64,000 bases of DNA. Origin: Dipteris shenzhenensis. Lineage: Eukaryota. Location: the NCBI GenBank assembly GCA_047967505.1, contig CM106538.1; one strand, given 5' to 3'. Each line of letters opens with the position of its first letter. Position 1 is the first letter of the stretch. The notes below the pieces were generated by a model, which was not told the origin of the DNA, made no database searches, and saw only the letters and a program-made list of their open reading frames with translations. Position numbers and translations under genes: made by a program. Positions 35,766 through 48,169 of the stretch are shown piece by piece.

Positions 35766-37700
35766 TATTGGAATAGGGTTGGTCACCTCCCCACCTGTGA
35801 GTCCCCAAATGAGGAGTGCATTGGGGGGTGGACCATAGAATGATAGGATGGGACATGGGGCTGCCATGTGGGCAGCATAGAGAGAAAGCATGTACCTGGC
35901 TATCGGAGGCCACCATGGAGGGCAGATATGGCATGGCAATGCCTATGGGTACTTCATTGCGCAGGGATTGTAGCAAGAAAGAGGTGTGATGACCCCATGT
36001 TGACGTTATCAAGCTGTATGTATGAGTACGGAGCAGAGCCGGGGCCTCTAGAGGACCTGGATGATCACTGACTTGCCGTCACGTGGCAAGTCAGGGGTGG
36101 AGGGGCCAACAAGCAGGCTGGTAAACCCCCCCAACCAGGTCGGCTAGTAGGCTTGCCTCGGTCGGCCAAAAGGACTTGGGGGGGGTTTGTGGTGTACACC
36201 ATGCTATGGGCTATCCATAGGTGCCTCTCATTCCTTGGTATGTGCCTTGTAGGCCTAGTTACATTCAGCTAGGTCAATTGGTATAGTTTGTACATGTACC
36301 ACTTAGGACAGTTAGGACACTTAGTCCAATTAGGGTATTTAGGCCTAGGGTTTTGTTATGTTGGCTCTCTCTTGAGCCTCCACTCCAAGTTTTGCTGCAA
36401 TTCATTACAACATCTCGTTTTATGTCTTCTCACCTCCATTTTTGAGCTTCCATTGCTTGCCATAGCCTACAATGGTGTCAAAGCAGGTCGGGAATCCATT
36501 CCCTCAGCCATTGACAGCTTTTCCAAGCTGTTTGGCAGCCTTCTAAGCTCTCATTCATGCTGGTCTGCTTAGTTTTTGAGGTTTTCTACACGCACGGTAT
36601 CACCTGTGGCCTCCACAAGCATTTCTTTCGCGAGAACTTCACATTTTTTGTGGGAAATCAGTGTTTTGGAGTGCGTGTAGGAATCGGTACATTTAAAGCT
36701 TGCTGCAGCATTGTACATATTTGCACATGTGGACGGGGGCTGTTGCCTGCATTTAATGCTGTCCTGCCACCGTACAGACAACTTTTGTCTGCATTTAATG
36801 TTGCCTCGAGCCTGTACGGCACTATACGGACCTGCTGCTCCATGTTTTTGACCTGTACGGAAGGTGTACAGCCAGTGCACGGGGGTGCATTTATTGCTGC
36901 ATGGTCCGTTTCAGGGTTCGTGCCAATCGATTCGAAGCTTTTTCGGCCTTTCGAAGCTGCCTCAAGCTGCGTACTAGTTGTTGAAGACATTTGGAGATTG
37001 TTGAAGCGATCCAGAGGCTTCTCCTTGAGCCCATTCCTTCTCATTTGGCTTCCCTTTGCCTCGGGCTGCGAGTTTCCCTCCATTGGATCACCCTACTCTC
37101 ATTTCCAAGTGCTCTCCTCCTCATGGGAGCACTTTCTCTTGCTGGAATTCTCATTTCCAGCCCTCTGACTAGCAGCAAGGATGATTTGTTTGGGATGCTT
37201 GGGGCTGAGAACAAGCTTGATGGCACAAATTACCCCATGTGGGCATACATGATGGGGCATGTATTAGTTGTCCAAAATTTTTTGTAGTCCATTCTATGGG
37301 CTATCCATAGGCGCCACTCATTCCTTGGTATGTGCCTTATAGGCCTAGTTACATTCAGTTAGGTCAGTTGGTACAGTTAGTACATGTACCACATAGGACA
37401 GTTAGGACACTAGTCCAGTTAGGATATTTAGCCCTAGGGTTTTGTTATGTTGGCTCTCTCTTGAGCCTCCACTCTCAGTTTTGTAGTGATTCATTACAAC
37501 ATCTCGTTTTTTGTCTTCTCACCTCCATTTTTGAGCTTCCATTGCTTGCCATAGCCTACAAGTGGTTTTGGCCAGGGCTTGTGCCCTATATAAGGTGGCC
37601 ATTTGGGCCTCCATATGCATTACTTGGAGGAGCTGCTGAGGAGCAAGAAGGAGCATCAACAATAGCAGTAGTTGGGCCCAACTAGGCTGAATACTTGTAG
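35766..37700 (+). mobile_element. LTR (starts TATTGGAATAGG), interrupted by the element at 36193-37560
   Basis: GGTCACCTCCCCACCTGTGAGTCCCCAAATGAGGAG matches the 5' end of the solo LTR at 1438-2477. A CTATATAAG box resumes after the insertion (~37586). The 3' end is uncertain. Confidence 0.6.
36193..37560 (+). mobile_element. Miniature Copia-derived element: LTR, PBS, leader, gag stub, LTR (1368 bp)
   Basis: LTRs at 36193-36471 and 37283-37560. PBS-like TGGTGTCAAAGC. Gag stub ENKLDGTNYPMWAYMM. Flanks are TGTGG and AGTGG. No PPT. Confidence 0.85.
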
Positions 37701-38169
37701 ACTTAGCTTAACAAGAGCTGCCCACCTAGGCTGGCTTTTCGGACAGTTGAAGGTGGCTGACTGAAAACGAGTTCTCGAGCAAGGTCTCTCGTGATGGAAC
37801 TAAGGGTTTTTGTGAAAGAAGTGCTTCCTGAGGGCAAGGAAGCACGGGGGAGCTGCTCTAAAACCAATTTGTGAGAAATGGAAGCGAGGTGCAATATGAT
37901 GGAGGGACAACTCGTTGAACTGCCTGTGGTATCAAGAATCTGTGGCTTAAAGGAAGTACAATGGTGTAAAACCCTAAAATCTTAGGGTGAAACCCAAACT
38001 GGTTAGGACCCATACTAACACTGACTCAACCAACCAACTCAACGACTGCCTATGGTTTAGGGGAAAAATCTCAATGAGGAAAAAAGTGTCCTGAACCTTA
38101 TTACTTGACCAGTGTCTTAATATTTCCAACACCGAATGAGTCATACTAGTTTAGAGTAATTCGTTTGGT

Positions 38170-39480
38170 TAAGAAATGCTGTTGTACGTTAATAACCCTT
38201 ATGAATAGTGCGCTTAGACAATGCTTATAAAATATCCAGGCAAGTTCGAGGTAGTCTTCTTGGATGATATTCTTATCTTCAATAAGACTAATCAAGAGCA
38301 TTTGAAGCGTTTAAAGGTTGTCTTTGAATTGCTCATGCAGCATCTGTTGTATGCCAAAAAGTGTTAAGTGTGACTTCTTTTGTAAGCAAGTCAAGTACCT
38401 GGGTCATACTATTCTTGAAGAAAGAAGTTAAAGCTATTCTAGTCTGACTTCTCTAGAATAGATGTAATACTCCTTTGTCTCTTGCGCTTAAGGAAGCTGA
38501 AAAGTTTCTAACGAATCTTTTGTATTTGTAACTTAATGCAAGTAATAATGCTACGGAAGCGGTGTTGATGCAAAGTAGACGACTGGTGGCTTATAAAAGT
38601 AAGAAACTAGAACCAGCTGAGAAAAATTATTCAGCATATGAGAGAGATCTATGCTATTATCCATGCCTTGAAAACAGGGGGCAGTATTTATACTTGCTAA
38701 GTTTGAAATTCTCTTGACCTGAGTTAAATCTGAGAAAAGTTAAATTTGAAGAGGGTGAAAGAGTTTATTTGAGAGGACCTGAGTTTCTTTGAAAGCTTAA
38801 ATACTGCTGATTGCCCTAAGTTGTGTCTGAGGTATTATGGACTATTCACGATACTCTAGAGCTGCTAGCTTGCTTTACAAATCAGCCTCAACAGAAGGAT
38901 GTAGAGTGCATCCAATGTTTTATGTTAGTCATTCAAAGAAGCAACTATTTGAAGGTGATAGTTTGGTAGAAGAGGAGATTCTTGTAGAGTTGATTAGACC
39001 TCCAATTCTTCCAAATGAGCCAAAAAGCTAATAAATTCACATGCCACACAACCTTCCAAGAATACTTATTAAATTGGAAATATGGTGCGGAAGAGAATAC
39101 TACTTTGACAAGTGTAAACAAACTTAGAAGGCGGTTTCCTAATATTGCTTCTGGGGACGTCAACAATTCTCAAGGCGGAGGAAATGCTACCTTGGGTTAG
39201 GGAAACTAGGTGACTAGACTGTGGTCATTTGGTAGTGGGGATGGAGTGACCCTAGGGGATAGTAGTGTTTAGTTTGGACAGTTAGTACTAACTAGGTGCC
39301 CTAAGTATATTAGAAGTCCTAAGCATACTAGGACTCAAGTAGTAATTGACCACTGGGCATGGCGGTGGCAGAGGGTGCCTCTAAACATTGCTAGTAGAGT
39401 GCACATTCAAGGAGAACTACCATGGGTGGGAGGTGAATATGAGTCTCCAGTCATCTGTCATTGAGCTTGACGCTTCTCCC
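38170..39480 (+). mobile_element. Internally deleted, chromovirus-like Ty3/Gypsy remnant
   Basis: VFLDDILIF (38254-38280), VKYLGH, LVAYKSKKLEPAEKNYSAYE, VHPMFYVS and chromodomain-like EYLLNWK. A purine tract precedes the TG at 39185. Confidence 0.75.
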
Positions 39481-39844
39481 AGTATGGATGCGGCACTACT
39501 CTTCAATGTATGCTATCTATTTCAGTGTTGTTCGTAGCATTCAGTAGTGATCTCTGTAGTAGGTCAGCTCCCCTGTGAAGCTCGTTCAGTTTTTTCAGGG
39601 CATCCCCAGGATTGGATACATGATTCTTCAGAGTGCCCTTCACAATTAACCCAGAAATCAGCCTTATTGGATAGATCAACACCTCTCTGAGCAGCAGTGT
39701 AAACCCCACTTGCATCATGATAGATGGTTTCTTAGCACAACAGCATTGCTAATATAACTGGCTACATAGGATGGGTATCTTGAAGGCAGAGAGTAAAAGC
39801 CAGTGTCAGGGCTTGTGCTCAGCGTAATACTGTTAGCGATGTAA

Positions 39845-40143
39845 GTTACATGGGGTTGTGCTTCATGGGAACTTGCCTTTGGGCAGTCCCTACTCTACGA
39901 AGCCGAGTCAACTCTGTGGACTTTCTGTAGCCCAGTTTTCAACAGTAGTGACATCGTTGTGTTACCTCTCCCACCTGATATATCTTTGTGAATTTTGTCT
40001 TTTTCCTCCAGTTACATGGGGTGGTGCTTCATGGGAACTTTCCTTTGGGCAGCCCTTACTCTATGAGGCCGAGTCAGCTTAGTGGACTTTCTGTTGCGCA
40101 GTTTCCAACAGCAGTGACAGCCTTGTGTTGGCTCTTCCCACCC
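39845..40143 (+). repeat. Tandem duplication (period 166 bp); the second copy is structured and flanked by splice sites
   Basis: GTTACATGGGGT.GTGCTTCATGGGAACTT occurs at 39845 and 40011. Confidence 0.9.
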
Positions 40144-41204
40144 GTAATTTTCCTTTCTTTTTCCTCACATTTGGATTAATTTTCTCCTTGACCACCTCAC
40201 ATGATGCATTTGATATGAGATTGGGAATTGTTTATGCTAGCTGTCTGACCCTTTGTACTCTACTTTCTTGACATGTAATATATTCTGTCAAGGACAGGTG
40301 TTACCTTCTTCTTTTGTGTATGTTGGCTGGTAGTGATAGATACTATTTCTGCTTTTCGACATATGTTGGCTGTTGGTATGCGCATTTTGGCTTATTTCAT
40401 TGCAACTATTCTCCCAATCGTAGAATGTTAGTGTTGAGAAATTGTGCCAATGCTTTTATAGGTAATAGGATCGGAGCATGCTTATGTTGAGCAACATTCT
40501 GTGCTTTGAGCTGGCTTGAAGCCAGTGAGGCAGGAGTTTTGAGGGCTATTTTCTGATTCAATGTGACACTCCGGGATTGGTATAATGTGCACAGCATCCT
40601 AAACCTTTTTTAACATGCCTGTATATTGAGAAGAAGACAATTTATGCCTTGGAGCTCGTTTAAGGTAGCAGGTCAACCAGGCCCATAATATTGCACTTAG
40701 TCCATCACACTGCCCAGTTTAGTGTACTTTAGAGCAGCTCACCCTTTGAAGCTTGGAGTTGTCCAATACTAGCCAATTTATACTATATATAGGGGGCATT
40801 GGCAGTAAGGCTGTATATGCAGATCTGTGAAACGATCAAGTAGGTAGTGATGAGGTTAAAAGGCCTGATGGTTAAGTAGAGCTAGTTTAATCCTTAACAT
40901 GAAAATCGGCTCGCATTCCATCCAAGGCCTGAATGGATTACTTTCTGATACGTATTTCTCACCTTCTGTAAGATATTATTATGGACATGAATAGTTATAG
41001 GTGGTGAACATCTGACAGTTTTTGGTAGATTATGCTGGAGTTTCCTAGTTAAGAATGTAAAAGATGCACAATTTAGAGAGAGAGTATCAATAACTGTAAT
41101 GTGAGAAGCTACTCAATATCTACAGTTCTTTTGTGTGGGGGATTTGCATGAAGTATGATATGTAGGTAAGATAGATTCCGTAACCCTTAAGTGCTTTCTT
41201 GCAG

Positions 41205-41349
41205 ACATAACACTCACCATTTCTTGAACTTTTTTGGAGCAATAAGAGATGCGATCGCTGGTGGTTACTTCACAAAATTCAGGGCTTGGTTTGTGAGTCA
41301 AAGGCGAGAATTGAATGAAGTATTTATTGCCTTATGGGATAAGAGGTAG
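41205..41349 (+). CDS. QTRT2: QTRT2 last coding exon (HNTHHFLNFFGAIRDAIAGGYFTKFRAWFVSQRRELNEVFIALWDKR*)
   Basis: ttcttgcAG acceptor. HN..H...FF..IR.AI is the TGT-family C-terminus. Stop TAG at 41347-41349. Confidence 0.9.
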
Positions 41350-41507
41350 GAGTTATGGTCACGTTGGGATCCCTTGCAGCAGAGTCTTGGTATTGTTAAG
41401 GGCTTTCCAAGGAACAAGACATTAAAATACTGGGAGATCAAGTCTTGTTCCATGAAAGATTGTACTGGTAATATAAATCTTGGAAAATTTTATTAGCACT
41501 TCATTCA

Positions 41508-41714
41508 AAGATCTTTACATGTATGCTCTCTCTCTCTCTCTCTCTCTCTCGCGCCCTGCCCCCCCCCCCCCCCCCCCCCCCTCTGTGCATGAACAAGCAC
41601 GCAGCTGCAGCTGCAGCCAAACTTGTGAACAAACCCATAATGTCTCAATTGCATAAAGGTTATGGCCCTATTGCATAGCCTCCTAGTCGATACACTTGGG
41701 GGATCTTTAGATGT

Positions 41715-41762
<48 letters not shown>

Positions 41763-41860
41763 TGCACAAACAAGCACCCAGTTGCATTCAAAACTTTGTG
41801 GAAAATCCCATAATCCCTTGATTACATAATTGTGATGACCCTTAGCATATCCTCCCCCTA
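41508..41860. repeat. Diverged two-unit duplication containing (CT)n and poly-C tracts
   Basis: GATCTTTA.ATGT...(CT)n...TGTGCA..AACAAGCAC.CAG...CCCATAAT occurs twice (~41510 and ~41702). Confidence 0.65.
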
Positions 41861-42585
41861 GGGGATTCACTTGTACCATAGGGACTAGTGTCACATGCAT
41901 GCTTATACATCAGTAAAACCCTATTGTGTATGGGGTGACCGCCTCCTTGATAATTCAAAGAACCTTCCTTGTATTCGTACATTCCACACACAAAAAAATC
42001 TTGTACATGTTGGTATATATTAAAAGAGAGTCACATTTTGTGTTTATTGGAATGCGTTTTCATGAGACCCAAACTCAGCACGAAACCTGTTTAGCCAAAG
42101 GGCTTTTATCAGTAGCTAGATTAGAGAGAATGCTTTTAGGGTCACTTTCAACATGTCAACTTGTCAAACTAGCAGTGCTGTATGTATTGGCTTGGATGTA
42201 TGTTCCAACCATTCTCATGCCTATGCACATGCACATGCATTCCTTTCCTAGTTGCCCAAATTTCATGGGCTTATTCATGGTTTGCCCCATTACAAGTTTT
42301 CAAATGTATTGGGTTATGGGCCCTAAGCATTTCCTTATGCTACAATATTATAAGTTCAACATTGTTTGGAACAAAGCATTTGTTGCATTCTTGTATCTCT
42401 TAGCATGTGTGTTGATGATTGTCTTCTCTGAGCTACTTGTCGTAGTGCTTTGAAGTCTTGGCACATACATATACATATATATATGTATACATGCACGCAC
42501 ACATGCGCATGCGCGTGCACACACATATACATATACGTATATACATGCATGCATATATATGTATATTCATTCACTTTTTTTCCTC

Positions 42586-43480
42586 TTTTTTTTTTTGGTG
42601 AAATCCATTTGTTAGTATATTACAAAGAATAGTCCCATGGAAAGGGACAGCCAGTTACAAGCATAAGAAGATATCATTATATGATAAGAAGGCAAGCTAA
42701 ACTAGATCCCGTGCATGTAAACAATCATAAAATAATTGCATATCATATCTATGCCTTGCTAGATGAAAACCGTCAAAATCGCTTGTGAAAGCAAGAACTG
42801 AGCTTGAAGCCTTTGTTAGAACAATGCCAAAAGAGATGGGAATAGTCTTGTAGACTCCCGCGAGAATAAACATTATTGCAAAATGACGACGAGACAAAAG
42901 CAATCCAAATGGAAGAACACCAAGTAAAATGCACCACAAGTAGAACTTTTGCCAAAGAGGAATTTTGGAAGCCCAAACATACCATAATCTTGGTGCCACC
43001 ACCAAGAGGAGCGTGTCACATACCAAATGCAATTGGCATGAAGAGAAAACCAAGGGGGAGGCAATAAGACTTTATATACAGATGTCACTGTGATATCGGC
43101 CAATGAAAGTGGATGGCAAACATGATCATTCGATTGAAGAACCTAGTCTTTAAGGCGGTCTAGAATCTCAAGATGGATATGAGCAGTTAATCATGCAACA
43201 TTTGTGACAATAGAGACCATATAATATTGTCCCAAAGCATACGGTCTAATAGTGGTAGGAAAGGAGAACCATACTAGCCGCATCAAGCACACCATCCACA
43301 TAACAAATTTCTTTAACAAGAGTGGCAAGGTTTCCGCAAAGCCCTTGGAGGCATGAACACCTTCGATCAATGAATGCTCTTAGCAAACAAGGAGTTACTT
43401 GCAAGAGTACCCCTGCTATTTCATTTAAGATGGGATAGAGTATGCTTCCAATTAGAAAGCATATGAGAAACAAGAGGGCA
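42586..43480 (-). mobile_element. 5'-truncated L1 fragment with poly(A)
   Basis: zf-RVT-like WYVWASKIPLWQKFYLWCILLGVLP and a T-run at 42586-42596. The same 3' tip is present at ~31477-31536. Confidence 0.7.
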
Positions 43481-43899
43481 TCCCTTTATTTTTTTATGCA
43501 CACGAACGCATGCACGCACGCACACGCACATGCACGTGCACGCACAAACACCCCCACCCACACACACCCACACGCACGCACGCGTACACACAAACTTGTG
43601 TGATGCAATGGAGTGACAAACAATGCTAAGACAAGATAATGGTTGGGATTTGACACGTGGAAATGGTACCACAATAGAAAGTGAGCAATAAACAACTAAG
43701 AATTGTGGGAATTAAAGAGCGTGAGAAAGATATGGTGGTGCAGTTATTACTGAAGAGAGCTTGCTAATGAGATAACTTGTGACCTACGAGCTTGAGCATA
43801 TTAAGTGCATGAGTTAAGAAGGATTGAGAATGGGCCAAGTACGTAGCTCTTGGGCTCCAAATTCAGACTCATTATGATCTTCAAATCTGGCTTAAAGTT

Positions 43900-46050
43900 G
43901 GGAGTTTGTGGATCAATATATGAGCTCGTTCGATAATTGAATGAACCCATGAAGTCCATGCCTAGTTTCTAAAATGCTTCCCAAGGCAAGGATGGCCTTT
44001 ATCATTTTGGTCATTGGCCAATAGTTTTTAACTCTTTGACAAGCATCGCATTTTTTGCGATGTTTTATTGCATCATGAAGCAATTTGTACCACCATAATC
44101 CTATTTCTTGCAAAAAAAGGGGCCAAAAATACCTTTGTGAGATTGCATTAAGGATGTGATGCATCATGGTTCATTACATAGAGAACATCATTTGTACTTT
44201 GCCAAAGCAATTGTATAGTTACCAATACATAGAACTTCCATGTATTTAATGCTAATTTTTGTCTCTAACTCATTGGCTTTTTTCTAAAAGTTAGTTGTGA
44301 AAGTAGGTGGAAAGACTCCATTTGTGTCAAATAGATAGCGCCATGACGTGTATCTCTTAGCCTACAAACTGTAAGAAAACAATACAACGTCTATGCTCAA
44401 CAGATAACCGGATCTCGTACGCAAGAGAGAAAACAGATAGTATGGAGAATCAAAAATTTGATTACTATAGAACTGATACAATAGATGGCGCTGCCTCCCA
44501 GCCGTGCGCTCCTGTGAGAGAAGCTTCGATGGCATGCTGGAAACAATAGAGGACGGAGGTTGGATGCTAAGGAATCAGGGTTGTTGTAGCCAATGATAAA
44601 ATGGGCTTCACGGGCTTGCTCTTATATAGCCACCAGTCGTAGTCGGTTAGACCCAATTGGGTGACCGACCCAGTCCGCCTGAAACGACCGACTAGGGGTC
44701 GGTCCCAAAATAGGCCACCGACCACACGATAGAATCGGTGTGCAAAATAGAGCCATCCGGGACCACCATCTGGGGCTCCAAACGGTCCCCACAACCCAAG
44801 AGTGGGCTGCCCCGGGAAATGCTCTGTCTACCCTCAGTGCGGTCAGTCATGGGATGCCTTCCCATACTTGCATGTAGCCTAGTTGGCAGTGTGCCAACTC
44901 CGTCCAGCCATCAGGCCACACATGGCCCCCATCTGGTGTCCAAACTAGGACCTACCGGATAACCGAGCTACTCAAATGCCTTCTCCTCATATGGGGGGCT
45001 TACAAGTAGAGTTAGTTAGTTCCCAAAATTACACGAGAGTGGAGCATTGATATCTAACACATACAACATTGATACAAACTTGTTGGAATGAAAATATAGG
45101 ATGACACGAAATAATGCTTGTTGATCAAACATAGAAAATGAAGAAATTAATGAGGGGATAATGCAACAACTATAGATCATTCTAAAGTCCTCTCTCCTAG
45201 CAATATTTTTAGTTCTTTTCATTTGGAGTGAACATTTGACAATGATAAAGTTTTAAAAACTTCAATGTCCCTTGTTGTCATGTTGAGATTAATCTAAGTG
45301 GAAGTTCAAATGCATCATCAAGAGGATTATTCAATTCACAAGTCATAAATTGCTTGCATAAGCTTTCTATTGTGCAATGATATTGTCTTCATATGGCCCT
45401 CTTGACCCATGGAGATTTGGTTGTATCCATTGTACCTCATCCGTGAATGAACTCATTTCATGGCTTGCAACATGATGCAGCATATCATCCATAAAGGGGA
45501 AATGGAAAGGACCCTCTATGGTCTAATAAGTTAACTTGCAATAGCCAATGCATACCTTAGTTTGCAATAGTTTACAAGAACAATTGTAATATAAGAGAAC
45601 CCATAACTTTGTCCCATGAGATAGTTTTTTGATAATTTCTCATTTTTGTTTAACAAACTTTTCACCATTTGAGCTCATCCTATATCTTTGTTTATTGGTT
45701 TTGTATCTAATATATCCCAATCTTTTTATGAAAAATATTGGGACACACTTTATTTTTTTATAGTCCTTGATCAATATTCACATGAATTTCGCATACGACA
45801 CTTGAACTAAATTTGGCATGAGAACAACATTTTGATCCATAAACTACATAGAAATCTAGACAGTTTTTCTAGCCCTTGAAATTTTGTATATAAGAAATGT
45901 CAAGCTGCATCTTTATCCTCTAGCTCCATTTTACAATCCTTGAGATGAATAGCATGTTTTAAATCCATATGTGCAAGCTACCTTGTTACGTCTCAAGGAC
46001 TTGTGGTGCTAGCCTCAAAGGTGACTACCTGATAGGTGCCATTGAACATA
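43900..46050 (-). mobile_element. Degenerate Ty3/Gypsy pol remnant interrupted by a solo LTR
   Basis: GLWWYKLLHDA...CDACQR (integrase zinc finger) and FPFPFMDDMLHHVASHE (RT, ~45455-45510). Confidence 0.65.
44370..45059 (-). mobile_element. Solo Copia LTR (690 bp), same family as 62775-63499
   Basis: TGTTAGATATC...TTCTTACA. Flanks are CAAAC and CATAC. Confidence 0.85.
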
Positions 46051-46775
46051 AATGTTAGCAGGTGGTACCCTGCCTTGCCTTCTCAGAGGGAGTTCAATAA
46101 AAAGGGTCCTTAGAGAGCTATTTAGTATTGTGATTAGTGGTGGCCATGTTGTTTTTGACCAATGATCTAGTTATACTGCTTTTGATACAAGGAGCATTCT
46201 CTCTCATTCCATTCATCTTAAGCAATCATATTTCTTTTCCACTTTACTTGCATTTTTCCATTTTTTGTAACCGTCAATTAGCATGCACGTTCCATCGAGC
46301 GACCACTTCATTCGATAGTTTGGAAATGGCGCTTTACCTCGTAGAGCCAAAATGAAGAAATACATCACTAGATGAATGAATCGACATGTCAACCACCATC
46401 ATGGAATGTAATGTTTACACTGAAGAAGTCAATGGAGCAAGTTGGTAACAAATAGTGCAAACCAACTGGGCAAACTGAGTTGTTTGAGACCAAATATGAC
46501 ACCCAAGATCAAAGAGAGGCAGTGGACAAAGACCAAAATAGTTGAGACTCGAAGTTTGGTAAGAACAAGGAAGCAAGTCCCATCAAACTCACAAAGGGAA
46601 GGTAGAAGTCCAAGTTCAGCAAGCAATGTGCAAGGATCGATTTGTTCAAAAGCCCACCACGAAGTCCATGAATGAATGCAATAGGAACAAGAGGACCACA
46701 GATAAGGATCGAATTCAAAAAGTAGGGTAATAAATCCTCAAGCTAATGAAGTAGAGGAGATACAAAACTACTATA

Positions 46776-47757
46776 GGAGTAGGGTGGCATATATCCCTTT
46801 ACACTCTCCTGGGTATCCCTACTCTATTACATACTCCCAACATGCCTAGAGACAATCCTAAACCAATGCACTAATCAATTTATTAGTAGGCTTGATTCTT
46901 TACTTTATTTCATCCTTATAGAAAACTCGAACACTCCCAACACATGATTTTTCTTTTAACCATAAGTTGACCAAGCTTCTCCATTCCTATAAGATTTAAA
47001 AACATCAAGTGCATTCCCATATGAAGACAATTACCATAATCTATAGAATGTCGATATGTGTACGTGTTCTATCTATTTGATTAGATTTCATTGTAAGGAG
47101 CAAACTTTCATACACATCCCCTTTCTATGAAATCCACTTCCAATATATGTTGGAGGAGAAATTAAGTTTCAAGGAGTTTTCCATACTTCATAAAATGCCA
47201 TGATTCCCACATTCTAATTGAACAAAGGGAAAGAATAGAAATTCTAATGGTTTTTCCTTTTGGAAGCGTCTCGATTAGACATGCATGCAAAGACATAGAA
47301 TTTCAAAGAAAAAGTGCCAAATAGAATGAAACCCAATTCCGACACTTTTGTTTATCACCTTAAGAAACCTTCATATTTTCTCAATTCTAGTATTGCCATG
47401 GATAGAGGAAGGAAAATCCAATAATTTATCTACTTACATTACCATCAAATTCCATTTCCCCTTTATGTATCTTAGGGTATTATTGAGGGGTTACTAGTTG
47501 AAGGCAAGTGATTTAAAACCATGAGGAGTTGGTGGTTGAAGAGGCAAGTGATTTAAAACCATGAGCTTTAGAGTTCAAATTCCATGTGTAACCAAAGGGA
47601 GTGAACTTAACCCCCATTTTTTTTAATTAATTTTTTTCACATCTTATCGTGTGTCCATAACTGCTGACCACCATTACCATTTGTGTGAAAGATGTAAGAA
47701 GGGAGGGGGTTGTAGTACCACCATTCATCTTAAAACACTGCAAGTAGAGGGGTGAGG
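46776..47757. repeat. Dispersed ~0.9-1 kb repeat, copy 1 (copy 2 at 57157-58028)
   Basis: Collinear shared blocks GGAGTAGGGT.GCAT, CCCATATGAAGACA, AATTTCAAAGAAAAA and CTGCAAGTAGAGG. Confidence 0.8.
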
Positions 47758-48169
47758 TAAGAGAAAAAAAGAGCTTGAGAGGCAAGCGAGGAGGTACATG
47801 TGTGTCAATAGCCAATGGGTGGTGTCTTTTCTCTGAGCATTTGGTTCAAGCAAAATTTTCTGATCGTGGCGTATGTTGTACATTGTTTTTAACTAGACAA
47901 TTTTGTTGCAGCATTGTAGACACCTTTAGTCACAAAACCACCCCACAAAGATGCAATATTTCAGTGCCCATTTATGCCCATTGAACATCTTACCAATTTA
48001 GATTGCAAATATGTAATGTTTTGCTGACATTCCAAATATAAATATTGTTCATGAGACCCGTTTATTCACAATACTAACCTACTTCTTTACTAAATTTTCT
48101 TTACTAAATTTTAGCATCCTCTCAACTAAAACATGCACTATGCATAGTTACTAGAAGTGCCATTTGAAA

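Noticed and set aside
36557-37168. 203-aa ORF as a captured gene
   Set aside because: It lies in the Copia leader between the PBS and the gag stub and has no recognisable domain.
39503-39718. Minus-strand 71-aa ORF with faint kinesin-like wording (HVSNPGDALKKL)
   Set aside because: No diagnostic motif and no companion exons; likely chance.
39845-40143. Tandem H/ACA or C/D snoRNAs, a tRNA mimic, or a preQ1 riboswitch
   Set aside because: The hinge is AGGCC rather than ANANNA, there is no terminal ACA, and there is no RUGAUGA box. I see no cloverleaf, no GUN anticodon loop and no recognisable aptamer consensus.
31896-41349. Catalytic subunit QTRT1 or bacterial tgt
   Set aside because: It has CGFGLGE, RHVSGLG and DLFDSTYP instead of GGLSGGE, RYLMGVG and DMFDCV.PTR, and it contains spliceosomal introns.
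41926-42453. 175-aa hydrophobic ORF downstream of QTRT2
   Set aside because: Non-ATG start, no recognisable domain, and T-rich composition explains the hydrophobicity.
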